Source: Rhodothermales bacterium (GTDB taxonomy: Bacteria; Bacteroidota; Rhodothermia; Rhodothermales; Bin80). Taken from it: a stretch of DNA of 64,000 nt. A program made the position numbers and the translations under genes. Position 1 is the stretch's first letter. Every line of letters starts with the position of its first letter. The DNA lies in contig OZ244061.1 in NCBI GenBank assembly GCA_965215475.1, forward strand, positions 832,015 to 896,014, given 5' to 3'. The notes under the pieces are model-generated. The model was given only the letters and a program-made list of their open reading frames with translations, searched no databases and had not been told where the DNA came from. Of this stretch, positions 11,533-21,736 are shown one piece after another.

Positions 11533-12180
11533 TCAATGTTTTAGCGTCCATTCCTGATAATTATCTCTCCATTCCAGCAATGAATCTCTCCATTCAGATG
11601 AGATATATCCTGTCTCAATTGCTACATCTAATAAGACATCAAAATCAGATAAGGTTTCCAGTGGAGTACTTTTTTTTTGGAATAATTCTGCTACACCATC
11701 CAATTTGTACGTGAAAATTGCTAAGGTAATGACCGGCATTGAGCCAGTGACGTCCTGTATCGCTTCGGCTGCCTGGATTGATGAAAGACCCGTAGCCACG
11801 AGATCCTCAATCATCAGAACCTTACTGTTTCCTGAGAGATGCCCTTCAATCTGATTCTGATGTCCATGCCCTTTGGGTTCTGGCCGAACATAAACTAAAG
11901 GTAACGAGAGTCGCTCTGCTACCCATGCTGCGTGAGCAATTCCAGCGGTCGCCACCCCTGCCACGTAATCAAACTCATGCTTTGATGCCTTTTCAACAAA
12001 CCCATCTATCAACATACTGCGGATTTTGGGATACGAAAGCGTCCGTCGATTATCGCAATAAACGGGTGCTTTCATACCAGAAGACCAGACAAATGGCTTG
12101 CCCGAAGTGATCGTTATGGCTTTAATATCAAGCAATGCACGAGCTATTTCTCGTGCAATCAACTCAGATTGATCCTTCAT
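11533..12180 (-). CDS. pyrE: Orotate phosphoribosyltransferase
   Basis: 215 aa with the PRPP-binding loop KVLMIEDLVATGLSS; type I PRTase layout. Confidence 0.85.
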   Translation of the reverse strand: MKDQSELIAREIARALLDIKAITITSGKPFVWSSGMKAPVYCDNRRTLSYPKIRSMLIDGFVEKASKHEFDYVAGVATAGIAHAAWVAERLSLPLVYVRPEPKGHGHQNQIEGHLSGNSKVLMIEDLVATGLSSIQAAEAIQDVTGSMPVITLAIFTYKLDGVAELFQKKSTPLETLSDFDVLLDVAIETGYISSEWRDSLLEWRDNYQEWTLKH

Positions 12181-12193
12181 GAATACGTAAATG

Positions 12194-12760
12194 TCAAGTT
12201 TTTATATATACACAGATATAAGAAAATGCAGTAAGGCAAGTTACAACAACGACCGCTATCATAGAGACATACATGAAATCTCCTTGCAGGATTGCTTGGG
12301 CAAATTCATGTGCCCCAGATAGATATTGTAGCATTAGTATAAACAGGAAGAAGCCTAAGTACGTCATTTGCATAGCGGTCTTGACCTTTGCAAATTGAAT
12401 CGTTGGAAAAGATCTTCTTGTTGATTCAGCAGTCATTCGTAACCCCGTCACGAGTACATCCCTGAGTATAATCAATCCAACCGCCCACCATGGGATTTGC
12501 TGAGGATACATCCAGGCCAATGTAAGAAAGCTTCCCAGAATAAAAATTTTATCGGCAATGGGATCAAGGTGCCGTCCTAGTCGACTATGATTCTCTAGTA
12601 CTCTTGCAGCGTATCCATCTGCAAAATCCGAAACTGCCCCAAGGACAAAAAGCACGAACGAAAGAAATGCAAACGTAAGGGATTCTCGGAAAAGACAGAG
12701 AACTAGAACCGGGGTTACCAGAATGCGAAATACTGTAATGGCATTCGGAATGAATTGCAT
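12194..12760 (-). CDS. pgsA: CDP-alcohol phosphatidyltransferase (PgsA-like)
   Basis: Motif DGYAARVLENHSRLGRHLDPIADK = DG(x)2AR(x)8G(x)3D(x)3D, with multiple TM helices. Start chosen at ATG 12760 (MQFIPNAITVFR); the ORF stays open up to 12850. Confidence 0.8.
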   Translation of the reverse strand: MQFIPNAITVFRILVTPVLVLCLFRESLTFAFLSFVLFVLGAVSDFADGYAARVLENHSRLGRHLDPIADKIFILGSFLTLAWMYPQQIPWWAVGLIILRDVLVTGLRMTAESTRRSFPTIQFAKVKTAMQMTYLGFFLFILMLQYLSGAHEFAQAILQGDFMYVSMIAVVVVTCLTAFSYICVYIKT

Positions 12761-12934
12761 GACAAAACTATGCAGACAGAACCTTTCTACCGAAACAATG
12801 ACAGTGCGTTCATCCTCCGACCGTTGCACAAATGTCCCATGATCTGCCATTCTGTCCGATGTGAATGATCGGCAGGATTATTGCCCATTGGCTCCCTGTA
12901 GTACAACCTTAAAATAATTACAAACACGAATAAT

Positions 12935-14866
12935 ATGAGCAAGATTATTGGAATTGACCTAGGTACAACGAACTCGGTGGTCTCGCTATTGGAAGGTGGT
13001 GAGCCTAAAGTAATTGAAAACGCTGAAGGTGGTCGTACAACCCCGTCCGTAGTTGCATTTAAGAAAGATGGCGAGCGTCTTGCTGGTGGACCTGCAAAGC
13101 GTCAGGCCGTGACCAACGCAGAGAATACGGTTTTCTCTATTAAGCGTTTTATGGGTCGCGCCTATGATGAGGTGCCCGGCGAACTGAAAACTGTTCCATA
13201 TAAGGTTGAAAAGGGAGAAAACGGAACCGCGCGTGTACGTATTGAGGAGAAACTGTACTCGCCACAGGAAATTTCAGCGATGATTCTGCAGAAGCTCAAG
13301 AATACTGCAGAAGACTATCTGGGAGAGAAAATCTCCGAGGCTGTGATCACCGTTCCGGCCTATTATAACGATGCCCAACGTAAGGCAACCAAAGAAGCGG
13401 GGAAAATTGCTGGTTTGGAGGTTCGTCGAATTATTAATGAGCCAACAGCTGCTGCACTTGCATATGGTCTTGGCAAACAGGATAAAGATCGCACCATTGC
13501 CGTCTATGACCTGGGTGGAGGTACTTACGATATCTCTATCCTGGAACTCGGTGGTGGTGTATTTGAAGTGAAGTCAACCAATGGGGATACTCATCTTGGT
13601 GGTGATGATTTTGACCATAAACTGATTGATCACCTCGCCGACGAATTTCAAAACTCTGAAGGAGTTGATTTGCGCGCCGACAAAATGGCATTACAACGGT
13701 TGAAAGAAGCTGCTGAAAAAGCGAAAACAGAACTCTCCAGTAGCAGTGAAACCTCTATTAATCTGCCATTCATTACGGCAACGGCAGACGGTCCCAAGCA
13801 CCTGACCACCACTCTGTCGAGGGCAAAATTTGAGCAATTGATCGGCGACCTGGTTCGGCGTACAGTTACTCCAATGAAGCAGGCATTAGAGGATGCAAAA
13901 CTTACGCGTGATCAGATTGATGAAGTCATCCTGGTTGGTGGCTCTACGAGAATTCCACTTGTACAAAAAACAGTAGAAGAATTCTTTGGCAAAGCGCCGA
14001 ACAAATCGGTGAACCCCGACGAAGTCGTCGCGATGGGAGCGGCGATCCAAGGTGGTGTATTATCTCAGGATATTGACGATGTTCTGTTGCTTGATGTGAC
14101 CCCGCTTAACTTGGGTATTGAAACTCTTGGTGGTGTGATGACTACGCTGATTGAGTCCAATACCACGATCCCGACACGGAAACAAGAGGTATTCTCAACT
14201 GCATCTGATAATCAGCCTTCCGTTGAGATCCATGTACTTCAAGGAAACCGAGACATGGCAGTTCATAACCGGACCATCGGCAAATTCCACCTTGATGGAA
14301 TTCCACCTGCAAGACGCGGTACCCCCCAAATCGAAGTAGCTTTCGATATCGATGCGGATGGCATCCTAAATGTCACGGCAAAAGATAAAGCTACAGGCCG
14401 AGAGCAATCCATCCGGATTGAAGCATCCAGTGGGCTTTCGGAGAGTGAGATTGAGCAGATGCGCCAGCAGGCAAGAGAGAATGCAGATGAAGACAAAAAA
14501 CATCGGAAAGAGATTGAACTTCTCAACCAGGCGGACAGTCTTATCTACACCTCTAAAAATAATCTCTCGGAGTATGGAGAAAAACTCTCCGAAGATAAAA
14601 AGGCAAAGATTACCGGAGCTCTCGAGCGATTGGAAAGTTTGCATGAAGCAAAGAACTTCGATGAACTGGAAAGTGGCATTGAGCAGTTAAATGAAGCTTG
14701 GGCCGCGGCAAGCGAAGAAATTTATGCTGCCCAGCAAGCCGCAGCACAAGAAGAAGCGGCAGCCTCAGAAGAGCCCTCCACCAACGGTCAGGCCTCCACT
14801 GACGATGATGTCATTGACGATGCTGATTTTGAGATCGTTGAGGAAGAAGAACCGGAAACAAAATAA
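12935..14866 (+). CDS. dnaK: Molecular chaperone DnaK (Hsp70)
   Basis: 643 aa. Contains [23 protein letters not shown] and [11 protein letters not shown], with a very acidic C-terminal tail. Confidence 0.98.
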   Translation: MSKIIGIDLGTTNSVVSLLEGGEPKVIENAEGGRTTPSVVAFKKDGERLAGGPAKRQAVTNAENTVFSIKRFMGRAYDEVPGELKTVPYKVEKGENGTARVRIEEKLYSPQEISAMILQKLKNTAEDYLGEKISEAVITVPAYYNDAQRKATKEAGKIAGLEVRRIINEPTAAALAYGLGKQDKDRTIAVYDLGGGTYDISILELGGGVFEVKSTNGDTHLGGDDFDHKLIDHLADEFQNSEGVDLRADKMALQRLKEAAEKAKTELSSSSETSINLPFITATADGPKHLTTTLSRAKFEQLIGDLVRRTVTPMKQALEDAKLTRDQIDEVILVGGSTRIPLVQKTVEEFFGKAPNKSVNPDEVVAMGAAIQGGVLSQDIDDVLLLDVTPLNLGIETLGGVMTTLIESNTTIPTRKQEVFSTASDNQPSVEIHVLQGNRDMAVHNRTIGKFHLDGIPPARRGTPQIEVAFDIDADGILNVTAKDKATGREQSIRIEASSGLSESEIEQMRQQARENADEDKKHRKEIELLNQADSLIYTSKNNLSEYGEKLSEDKKAKITGALERLESLHEAKNFDELESGIEQLNEAWAAASEEIYAAQQAAAQEEAAASEEPSTNGQASTDDDVIDDADFEIVEEEEPETK

Positions 14867-14873
14867 CTTCCAT

Positions 14874-15677
14874 TCACTCAAGGTTAAACAGTTGCCGGGC
14901 GTTCGCGCAGGTGATCTCTGCCACCTCGGCAACTGTACAACCCTTGATCTCTGCAATCTTCTGAGCAACCAGCGCTACCCAAGCTGGCTCATTCCGTTTT
15001 CCACGATGCGGGACAGGAGACATGTATGGTGCATCGGTCTCCAAGACGATTTGGCTTAGGGGAACGTCATGTATCATATCCGCTACTCCTGAGTTCTTGA
15101 AGGTTACGGCACCTCCGACTCCGATCAGGAAGCCCAGTTTTGAAGCAGCTTCTGGGAGCCAGTTCGGCCCTGTAAAGCAATGAAAAATTCCCCTGTATCG
15201 GGTCTTCTGATTGGAGGGTAGTTCACGTTCAAGTATTTGAACCGCATCCCGATGAGCCTGATCCCGTTGCTGTTTATCTCTCAGATGGATGACCAGTGGC
15301 AAATTCTTCTTCATAGATAGCCGGACGTGTCGAGCAAAGAACTCTGACTGCCTCTCATCGTAATACTTATCCCAGTAATAATCAAGTCCGGACTCCCCCA
15401 CTGCAATCACGTTCGGTTCATCACATAAGCGAATGATTTCGTCAAAATCGTGATCACTTGCCTCCTGAATATATGTTGGATGAATCGCAGTCATCGCATA
15501 GACCCCTTGGTACTTCGTAGATAAATCAAGTGCCTGATATACCGATTGGACATTCACAGCCGGCAAAAGTATTTGTTTGACTCCCTTCTCTTGAGCCCGC
15601 AACATGACCGCATCTAAATCCTTCTCAAAACTCTTATCATAGAGATGTGCGTGCGTATCTATCAATCTTGGGGGCAT
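14874..15677 (-). CDS. TatD-family metal-dependent hydrolase
   Basis: MPPRLIDTHAHLYD (HxH) with ...GESGLDYYW...FHCFTG...LETDAPY. Start chosen at ATG 15677; the ORF is open to 15767. Confidence 0.85.
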   Translation of the reverse strand: MPPRLIDTHAHLYDKSFEKDLDAVMLRAQEKGVKQILLPAVNVQSVYQALDLSTKYQGVYAMTAIHPTYIQEASDHDFDEIIRLCDEPNVIAVGESGLDYYWDKYYDERQSEFFARHVRLSMKKNLPLVIHLRDKQQRDQAHRDAVQILERELPSNQKTRYRGIFHCFTGPNWLPEAASKLGFLIGVGGAVTFKNSGVADMIHDVPLSQIVLETDAPYMSPVPHRGKRNEPAWVALVAQKIAEIKGCTVAEVAEITCANARQLFNLE

Positions 15678-16092
15678 TTTGGAACTTGAATCCCCTTTAC
15701 GGTGATATGATCGTTGTATATGATGTGAGACAAATATTGGTCTCGTGTTTTTTTCAAGATGATGCATCCTAAAACATACTGCAGTGCAGGATTTTTGGGT
15801 AATTCTTATACAAGAGTGCCTAATTCTTCAAGTTGTTCTATCCAATTATTAAAGTGAGGGCACTTTGCCCTGATGCCGTCTACTCCAATTTCTCCTACAA
15901 TCAACTCTCCAAAAAACTCGCTTATTATAGGTCGGATACAAATCGAGTAGCCTTTTTGATGGAGCCGTCACCGGAATGTCATCAATTAGTTCTGGGGTTT
16001 CATAACTTTGGCTCTTCATCTATTCTGTGGGGCACTTTAGTTCCGTAGTATAACAAAACTTAACCCTATTTTTTTCTGAAAAAAGCACAGAT

Positions 16093-18175
16093 CAAAACTT
16101 AACCCTATTTTTTTCTGAAAAAAGCGCAGATTTCCCGCACCATTTGGATGGATTTTTTAAAAAATGATGTTGTTCAAGGAGCAATGGCGGGAGTCTGATT
16201 CGGTTTGATGAACCGAATCAACACAGAGACTTGATCTTCAGAAGTTTGAATACTTGACGTTGGGTCGGGGTCAGTTCATTGTCCACAAACTTCACTTCGT
16301 GATCCTCGTCGGCCTTTACGTTTAGAACGCCCGTTACACGGCATACCCCAGAGAGTTCTTCCATGATGGACTCAAAACTCTTGGGTCTTTCCGCGTCTTT
16401 GGTCTTCTTGTTGTGTGCGTTCCTGTTTGCATTCTTGGACGGCTTCACCATATTCTCTCTCTGGGCTCTTTTTGCTTCCAGATCCTCTTCGGCAAACGTG
16501 ATGGGGGCAAGTTTCTTTCGTAGATGGTATTCTACATAATAGGCCAGCATACATAAGAAGACATGAGCAATGACCCGCTCGGATTTGACATGATGGATGG
16601 GGCGTACGCGCAGGGAGATGGATTTCATCACGCGGAAGGCGCGTTCTACGGTGGACAATCGTTTGTAGTCCGACACCAACTGCTCAGCGGGCTGTTTCAA
16701 GCTGGACCGGATCGCATAGCCCCCATCCAGGCGCTCGGCCCTCTGAATCGCCTCCGCATTATGGGTATACGAGAAATACCCTTCCTCGATCTCAAGGAGA
16801 TAGAATTTCTTTAATTTGTGTTTCCCCAGTGCACGCTCCACGCGCATTCCAATCTTGGCCTTGTCTTTGAGTCGGCGGGGTGTACGGGTGGTTGCCGCAA
16901 GGATCTGGTCCAATTTTGCGTCGGCCTTCGCCAAAAGATCCTCACGGGTTTTCTTAGTCTTTGCCGCCTGAAAGGGGTTCCTGCATAGCACGAGGCGTTC
17001 CTTGGGATAGAGATCGCTTTGAATCTCCACCAGATCCTGTTGGTCAAACAAGCTCATTTGCGTTTTCTCTTGCTCCACCACCTCACGGATCTCCTGTTTT
17101 TGCATGCCCGTAATCCAATCCAACCCCACAGGGATGATCTCCTCCTGAATCTGTTTCTGCTTCAAAAGCCCGCGATCTCCGACCAAGATCACATGCTTGA
17201 ACCCAAACGTATTTTGGAGCTTGGAGATCTGAGCGCCAAGGGTCTTGATATCGGGGGTATTGCCAGGAAAGACGTCTACGGAGACCGGACATCCTTCCTT
17301 ATCGGTCATCAATCCATACACAATTTGTTTTTTCCCTTTTTTCTTGTCCCGGTTATAGCCATATGCTCCAAATGCATGTTTATCGCCCTCCAAGTAGCTG
17401 CTGGTCACATCATACAGCACCATTCCACCTTCGGTGAGATGGCGTTTGGCTAACTTGCATTCGATCTTGGTCTTGCAGGCGGCCAATTCATCCATGGCCT
17501 CATAGAGATCATTCTGGTCCACATGCTTGAGGTCAAGTTCTTCATGGAGCGTTGTGATACAGCTGGTCTTGTCACTGGTCTGCAGTTTGCTGGCGGGCTT
17601 GATGACCCGGGCCGCAATCATGCCGAGAACCAATCGTCGAAAGCGCGAATTCTTTGGCGCAATGAGGGATGTCATTTTGAGATGCTTCATCATGTGTAGC
17701 ACCACCGCAACATGCCCATGGTGCCGGGTACGCTGGGAGTGCAGTGCCTCCTTGAAGGACTGGATGGCATGGCCTCCCTGCAAGAGCGTTCGCAGTCCTT
17801 CGCGAATGGGTTCGGGAAGGTGCGTTACATTGGCGATGGTGTTTTTGATGGTTCGTTTGCCGTCTCGCGTGGAGGTTCGCACGAGCCAGGTGGAGGGGGA
17901 ATTGCGATTCGGGATTTCGGCTAAATACATGGGCTCAAATAGGTTTGCTAAAACGTAAATATACGACATAAATTGCAATAAATAACCCAAAATCAACAAA
18001 TATTTACATGGGCGCACTTTTTAAAATGAATCTGGGGATCAAAAACGCACAAAAACATATGCTTAGCATACACAAAAAGGCAGATTCAGACCGAAAAACG
18101 GGGCGGAGGAAGGGAAAAAGAGGACGTTTTTAACCAAAAAATCCTACGTTCAGGAAAAAATAGGGTTAAGTTTTG
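16093..18175 (-). mobile_element. IS copy A (full length, 2083 bp), inserted into copy B
   Basis: Both IRs are present. It is flanked by ACAGAT on each side (16087-16092 and 18176-18181), a 6-bp target site duplication inside the older copy. Confidence 0.85.
16218..17930 (-). CDS. IS4/IS1634-family DDE transposase (copy A, long C-terminus)
   Basis: Contains LYDVTSSY (D), LVGDRGLL (D) and YKRLSTVERAFRVMK (Y-R-E-K signature). Start taken at ATG 17930 (MYLAEIPNRNSPSTW); the ORF track extends to 18017. Confidence 0.85.
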   Translation of the reverse strand: MYLAEIPNRNSPSTWLVRTSTRDGKRTIKNTIANVTHLPEPIREGLRTLLQGGHAIQSFKEALHSQRTRHHGHVAVVLHMMKHLKMTSLIAPKNSRFRRLVLGMIAARVIKPASKLQTSDKTSCITTLHEELDLKHVDQNDLYEAMDELAACKTKIECKLAKRHLTEGGMVLYDVTSSYLEGDKHAFGAYGYNRDKKKGKKQIVYGLMTDKEGCPVSVDVFPGNTPDIKTLGAQISKLQNTFGFKHVILVGDRGLLKQKQIQEEIIPVGLDWITGMQKQEIREVVEQEKTQMSLFDQQDLVEIQSDLYPKERLVLCRNPFQAAKTKKTREDLLAKADAKLDQILAATTRTPRRLKDKAKIGMRVERALGKHKLKKFYLLEIEEGYFSYTHNAEAIQRAERLDGGYAIRSSLKQPAEQLVSDYKRLSTVERAFRVMKSISLRVRPIHHVKSERVIAHVFLCMLAYYVEYHLRKKLAPITFAEEDLEAKRAQRENMVKPSKNANRNAHNKKTKDAERPKSFESIMEELSGVCRVTGVLNVKADEDHEVKFVDNELTPTQRQVFKLLKIKSLC

Positions 18176-19295
18176 ACAGATGTTCCGCATCATTTGGATG
18201 GATTTTTTTAAAAAATGATGTTGTTCAAGGAGCAACGGCGGGAGCCTCTTTCGGTTTGATGGACCGAATCAACACAGAGACTTCATCTTTAGAAGTTGGA
18301 ACACTTGACGTTGGGTCGGGGTCAGTTCATTGTCCACAAACTTCACTTCGTGATCCTCGTCGGCCTTTACGTTTAGAACGCCCGTTACACCCCAGAGAGT
18401 TCTTCCATGATGGACTCAAAACTCTTGGGTCTTTCCGCGTCTTTGGTCTTCTTGTTGTGTGCGTTCCTCTTTGCATTCTTGACCGGCTCCACCATATTAT
18501 CTCTCTGGGCTCTTTTTGCTTCCAGATCCTCTTCGGCAAACGTGATGGGGGCAAGTTTCTTTCGTAGATGGTATTCTACATAATAGGCCAGCATACATAA
18601 AAAGACATGAGCAATGACCCGCTCGGATTTGACATGATGGATGGGGCGTACGCGCAGAGAGATGGATTTCATCACGCGGAAGGCGCGCTCTACGGCGGAC
18701 CGTCGTTGGTAGTCCGACACCGACTGCTCAGCGGGCTGTTTCAAGCTGGACCGGATCGCATAGACCCCATCCAGGCGCTCGGCCCTCTGAATCGCCTCCG
18801 CATTATGGGTATACGAGAAATACCCTTCCTCGATCTCAAGGAGATAGAATTTCTTTAATTTGTGTTTCCCCAGTGCACGCTCCACGCGCATTCCAATCTT
18901 GGCCTTGTCTTTGAGTCGGCGGGGTGTACGGGTGGTTGCCGCAAGGATCTGGTCCAATTTTGCGTCGGCCTTCGCCAAAAGATCCTCACGGGTTTTCTTG
19001 GTCTTTGCCGCCTGAAAGGGGTTCCTGCATAGCACGAGGCGTTCCTTGGGATAGAGATCGCTTTGAATCTCCACCAGATCCTGTTGGTCAAACAAGCTCA
19101 TTTGCGTTTTCTCTTGCTCCACCACCTCACGGATCTCCTGTTTTTGCATGCCCGTAATCCAATCCAACCCCACAGGGATGATCTCCTCCTGAATCTGTTT
19201 CTGCTTCAAAAGCCCGCGATCTCCGACCAAGATCACATGCTTTAACCCAAAGGTATTCTGGAGCTTGGAGATCTGAGCGCCAAGGGTCTTGATAT
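18176..19295 (-). mobile_element. IS copy B, interrupted older copy (its first 39 bp lie at 16054-16092; its distal part is missing)
   Basis: The sequence continues the 39-bp left-end stub with a few SNPs (GCACAGATGTTCCGCATCATTTGG versus GCGCAGATTTCCCGCACCATTTGG in A and C). It stops at about IS position 1155, where copy C begins. Confidence 0.75.
18385..19236 (-). pseudogene. Truncated IS4/IS1634-family transposase (C-terminal 283 codons only)
   Basis: Near-identical to residues ~276-558 of copy C. The N-terminal half is missing because copy C starts at 19296. Confidence 0.8.
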
Positions 19296-21371
19296 CAAAA
19301 CTTAACCCTATTTTTTTCTGAAAAAAGCGCAGATTTCCCGCACCATTTGGATGGATTTTTTAAAAAATGATGTTGTTCAAGGAGCAATGGCGGGAGTCTG
19401 ATTCGGTTTGATGAACCGAATCAACACAGAGACTTGATCTTTAGAAGTTTGAATACTTGACGTCGGGTCGGGGTCAGTTCATTGTCCACAAACTTCACTT
19501 CGTGATCCTCGTCGGCCTTTACGTTTAGAACGCCCGTTACACCCCAGAGAGTTCTTCCATGATGGACTCAAAACTCTTGGGTCTTTCCGCGTCTTTGGTC
19601 TTCTTGTTGTGTGCGTTCCTGTTTGCATTCTTGGACGGCTTCACCATATTCTCTCTCTGGGCTCTTTTTGCTTCCAGATCCTCTTCGGCAAACGTGATGG
19701 GGGCAAGTTTCTTTCGTAGATGGTATTCTACATAATAGGCCAGCATACATAAGAAGACATGAGCAATGACCCGCTCGGATTTGACATGATGGATGGGGCG
19801 TACGCGCAGGGAGATGGATTTCATCACGCGGAAGGCGCGTTCTACGGTGGACAATCGTTTGTAGTCCGACACCAACTGCTCAGCGGGCTGTTTCAAGCTG
19901 GACCGGATCGCATAGACCCCATCCAGGCGCTCGGCCCTCTGAATCGCCTCCGCATTATGGGTATACGAGAAATACCCTTCCTCGATCTCAAGGAGATAGA
20001 ATTTCTTTAATTTGTGTTTCCCCAGTGCACGCTCCACGCGCATTCCAATCTTGGCCTTGTCTTTGAGTCGGCGGGGTGTACGGGTGGTTGCCGCAAGGAT
20101 CTGGTCCAATTTTGCGTCGGCCTTCGCCAAAAGATCCTCACGGGTTTTCTTGGTCTTTGCCGCCTGAAAGGGGTTCCTGCATAGCACGAGGCGTTCCTTG
20201 GGATAGAGATCGCTTTGAATCTCCACCAGATCCTGTTGGTCAAACAAGCTCATTTGCGTTTTCTCTTGCTCCACCACCTCACGGATCTCCTGTTTTTGCA
20301 TGCCCGTAATCCAATCCAACCCCACAGGGATGATCTCCTCCTGAATCTGTTTCTGCTTCAAAAGCCCGCGATCTCCGACCAAGATCACATGCTTTAACCC
20401 AAACGTATTTTGGAGCTTGGAGATCTGAGCGCCAAGGGTCTTGATATCGGGGGTATTGCCAGGAAAGACGTCTACGGAGACCGGACATCCTTCCTTATCG
20501 GTCATCAATCCATACACAATTTGTTTTTTCCCTTTTTTCTTGTCCCGGTTATAGCCATATGCTCCAAATGCATTTTTATCGCCCTCCAAGTAGCTGCTGG
20601 TCACATCATACAGCACCATTCCACCTTCGGTGAGATGGCGTTTGGCTAACTTGCATTCGATCTTGGTCTTGCAGGCGGCCAATTCATCCATGGCCTCATA
20701 GAGATCATTCTGGTCCACATGCTTGAGGTCAAGTTCTTCATTGAGCGTTGTGATACAGCTGGTCATGTCACTGGTCTGCAGTTTGCTGGCGGGCTTGATG
20801 ACCCGGGCCGCAATCATGCCGAGAACCAATCGTCGAAAGCGCGAATTCTTTGGCGCAATGAGGGATGTCATTTTGAGATGCTTCATCATGTGTAGCACCA
20901 CCGCAACATGCCCATGGTGCCGGGTACGCTGGGAGTGCAGTGCCTCCTTGAAGGACTGGATGGCATGGCCTCCCTGCAAGAGCGTTCGCAGTCCTTCGCG
21001 AATGGGTTCGGGAAGGTGCGTTACATTGGCGATGGTGTTTTTGATGGTTCGTTTGCCGTCTCGCGTGGAGGTTCGCACGAGCCAGGTGGAGGGGGAATTG
21101 CGATTCGGGATTTCGGCTAAATACATGGGCTCAAATAGGTTTGCTAAAACGTAAATATACGACATAAATTGCAATAAATAACCCAAAATCAGTAAATATT
21201 TACATGGGCGCACTTTTTAAAATGAATCTGGGGATCAAAAACGCACAAAAACATATGCTTAGCATACACAAAAAGGCAGATTCAGACCGAAAAACGGGGC
21301 GGAGGAAGGGAAAAAGAGGACGTTTTTAACCAAAAAATCCTACGTTCAGGAAAAAATAGGGTTAAGTTTTG
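19296..21371 (-). mobile_element. IS copy C (2076 bp)
   Basis: Both IRs are present. The right IR abuts the outer GTATAA repeat. It is 7 bp shorter than copy A. Confidence 0.85.
19537..21126 (-). CDS. IS4/IS1634-family DDE transposase (copy C, short C-terminus)
   Basis: Same protein as copy A except for a few substitutions. It ends ...MEELSGV* because the 7 nt GGCATAC present in copy A are absent. Start taken at ATG 21126. Confidence 0.8.
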   Translation of the reverse strand: MYLAEIPNRNSPSTWLVRTSTRDGKRTIKNTIANVTHLPEPIREGLRTLLQGGHAIQSFKEALHSQRTRHHGHVAVVLHMMKHLKMTSLIAPKNSRFRRLVLGMIAARVIKPASKLQTSDMTSCITTLNEELDLKHVDQNDLYEAMDELAACKTKIECKLAKRHLTEGGMVLYDVTSSYLEGDKNAFGAYGYNRDKKKGKKQIVYGLMTDKEGCPVSVDVFPGNTPDIKTLGAQISKLQNTFGLKHVILVGDRGLLKQKQIQEEIIPVGLDWITGMQKQEIREVVEQEKTQMSLFDQQDLVEIQSDLYPKERLVLCRNPFQAAKTKKTREDLLAKADAKLDQILAATTRTPRRLKDKAKIGMRVERALGKHKLKKFYLLEIEEGYFSYTHNAEAIQRAERLDGVYAIRSSLKQPAEQLVSDYKRLSTVERAFRVMKSISLRVRPIHHVKSERVIAHVFLCMLAYYVEYHLRKKLAPITFAEEDLEAKRAQRENMVKPSKNANRNAHNKKTKDAERPKSFESIMEELSGV

Positions 21372-21584
21372 GTATAAAAAATAGCACTTGCACCATCGGA
21401 ACGACCAATAAAAATCTGAAGACGCCCTTCAATTAACTCACTCAACATTCGGAAGATCTTGACAAAATTGCTCTTTCCCGCTCCATTAGGCCCCATCAAT
21501 ATATTGATATCCCCCAGTCTAATGTCAAGATTCTTAATAGATTTATTTATAGCCTCTTATCCTTATTCTGTTTAGTTTTTGCAT
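21372..21584 (-). pseudogene. N-terminal fragment of an AAA_15/21-type (ABC/OLD-like) P-loop ATPase, frameshifted and cut by the IS array
   Basis: My minus-strand translation reads MQKLNRIRIRGYK, then a 1-nt frameshift near 21545, then SIKNLDIRLGDINILMGPNGAGKSNFVKIFRMLSELIEGRL.... It runs straight into the IS end at 21371. Confidence 0.6.
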
Positions 21585-21638
21585 TTATCGTAGTATCATT
21601 CCTGTAACTTTAAAAAGAAAGGTTTCTGCATCATGGGA

Positions 21639-21736
21639 ATTTTTTCAAAATCGTTGTCTTGACTTGAACAGAAAGGATCCACCACAGATACTCTCAGAAT
21701 AATGTTTGTACTCAATCTCAGAGATTTTGCAAGAAG
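21639..21736. repeat. MITE-like palindromic element, degenerate copy 1
   Basis: About 80% identical over ~70 nt to 42447-42517 (CAGAAAGGATCC...TACTCTCAGA..ATGTTTG..CTCAA...TTTTGCAAGA). The right arm is GATTTTGCAAGAAG and the left arm is degenerate, TTTTTTCAAAATC. Confidence 0.55.

Larger units (their letters stand above)
16054..21371 (-). mobile_element. Composite nested array of three IS4/IS1634-like insertion sequence copies
   Basis: Terminal IRs are CAAAACTTAACCCTATTTTTT... and ...AAAAAATAGGGTTAAGTTTTG. The whole array is bracketed by the direct repeat GTATAA (16048-16053 and 21372-21377). Confidence 0.85.

Noticed and set aside
16054-16131. Tandem 39-bp repeat that could be mistaken for a CRISPR or satellite start
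   Set aside because: It is the left end of IS copy B followed by the left end of copy A (nested insertion). There is no repeat-spacer architecture, and no CRISPR array anywhere in the window.
16372-21154. Many 60-144-aa ORFs on both strands inside the IS copies (for example 17019-17453, 17527-17958, 20723-21154)
   Set aside because: They are alternative-frame or antisense shadows of the transposase gene, repeated only because the IS is repeated.
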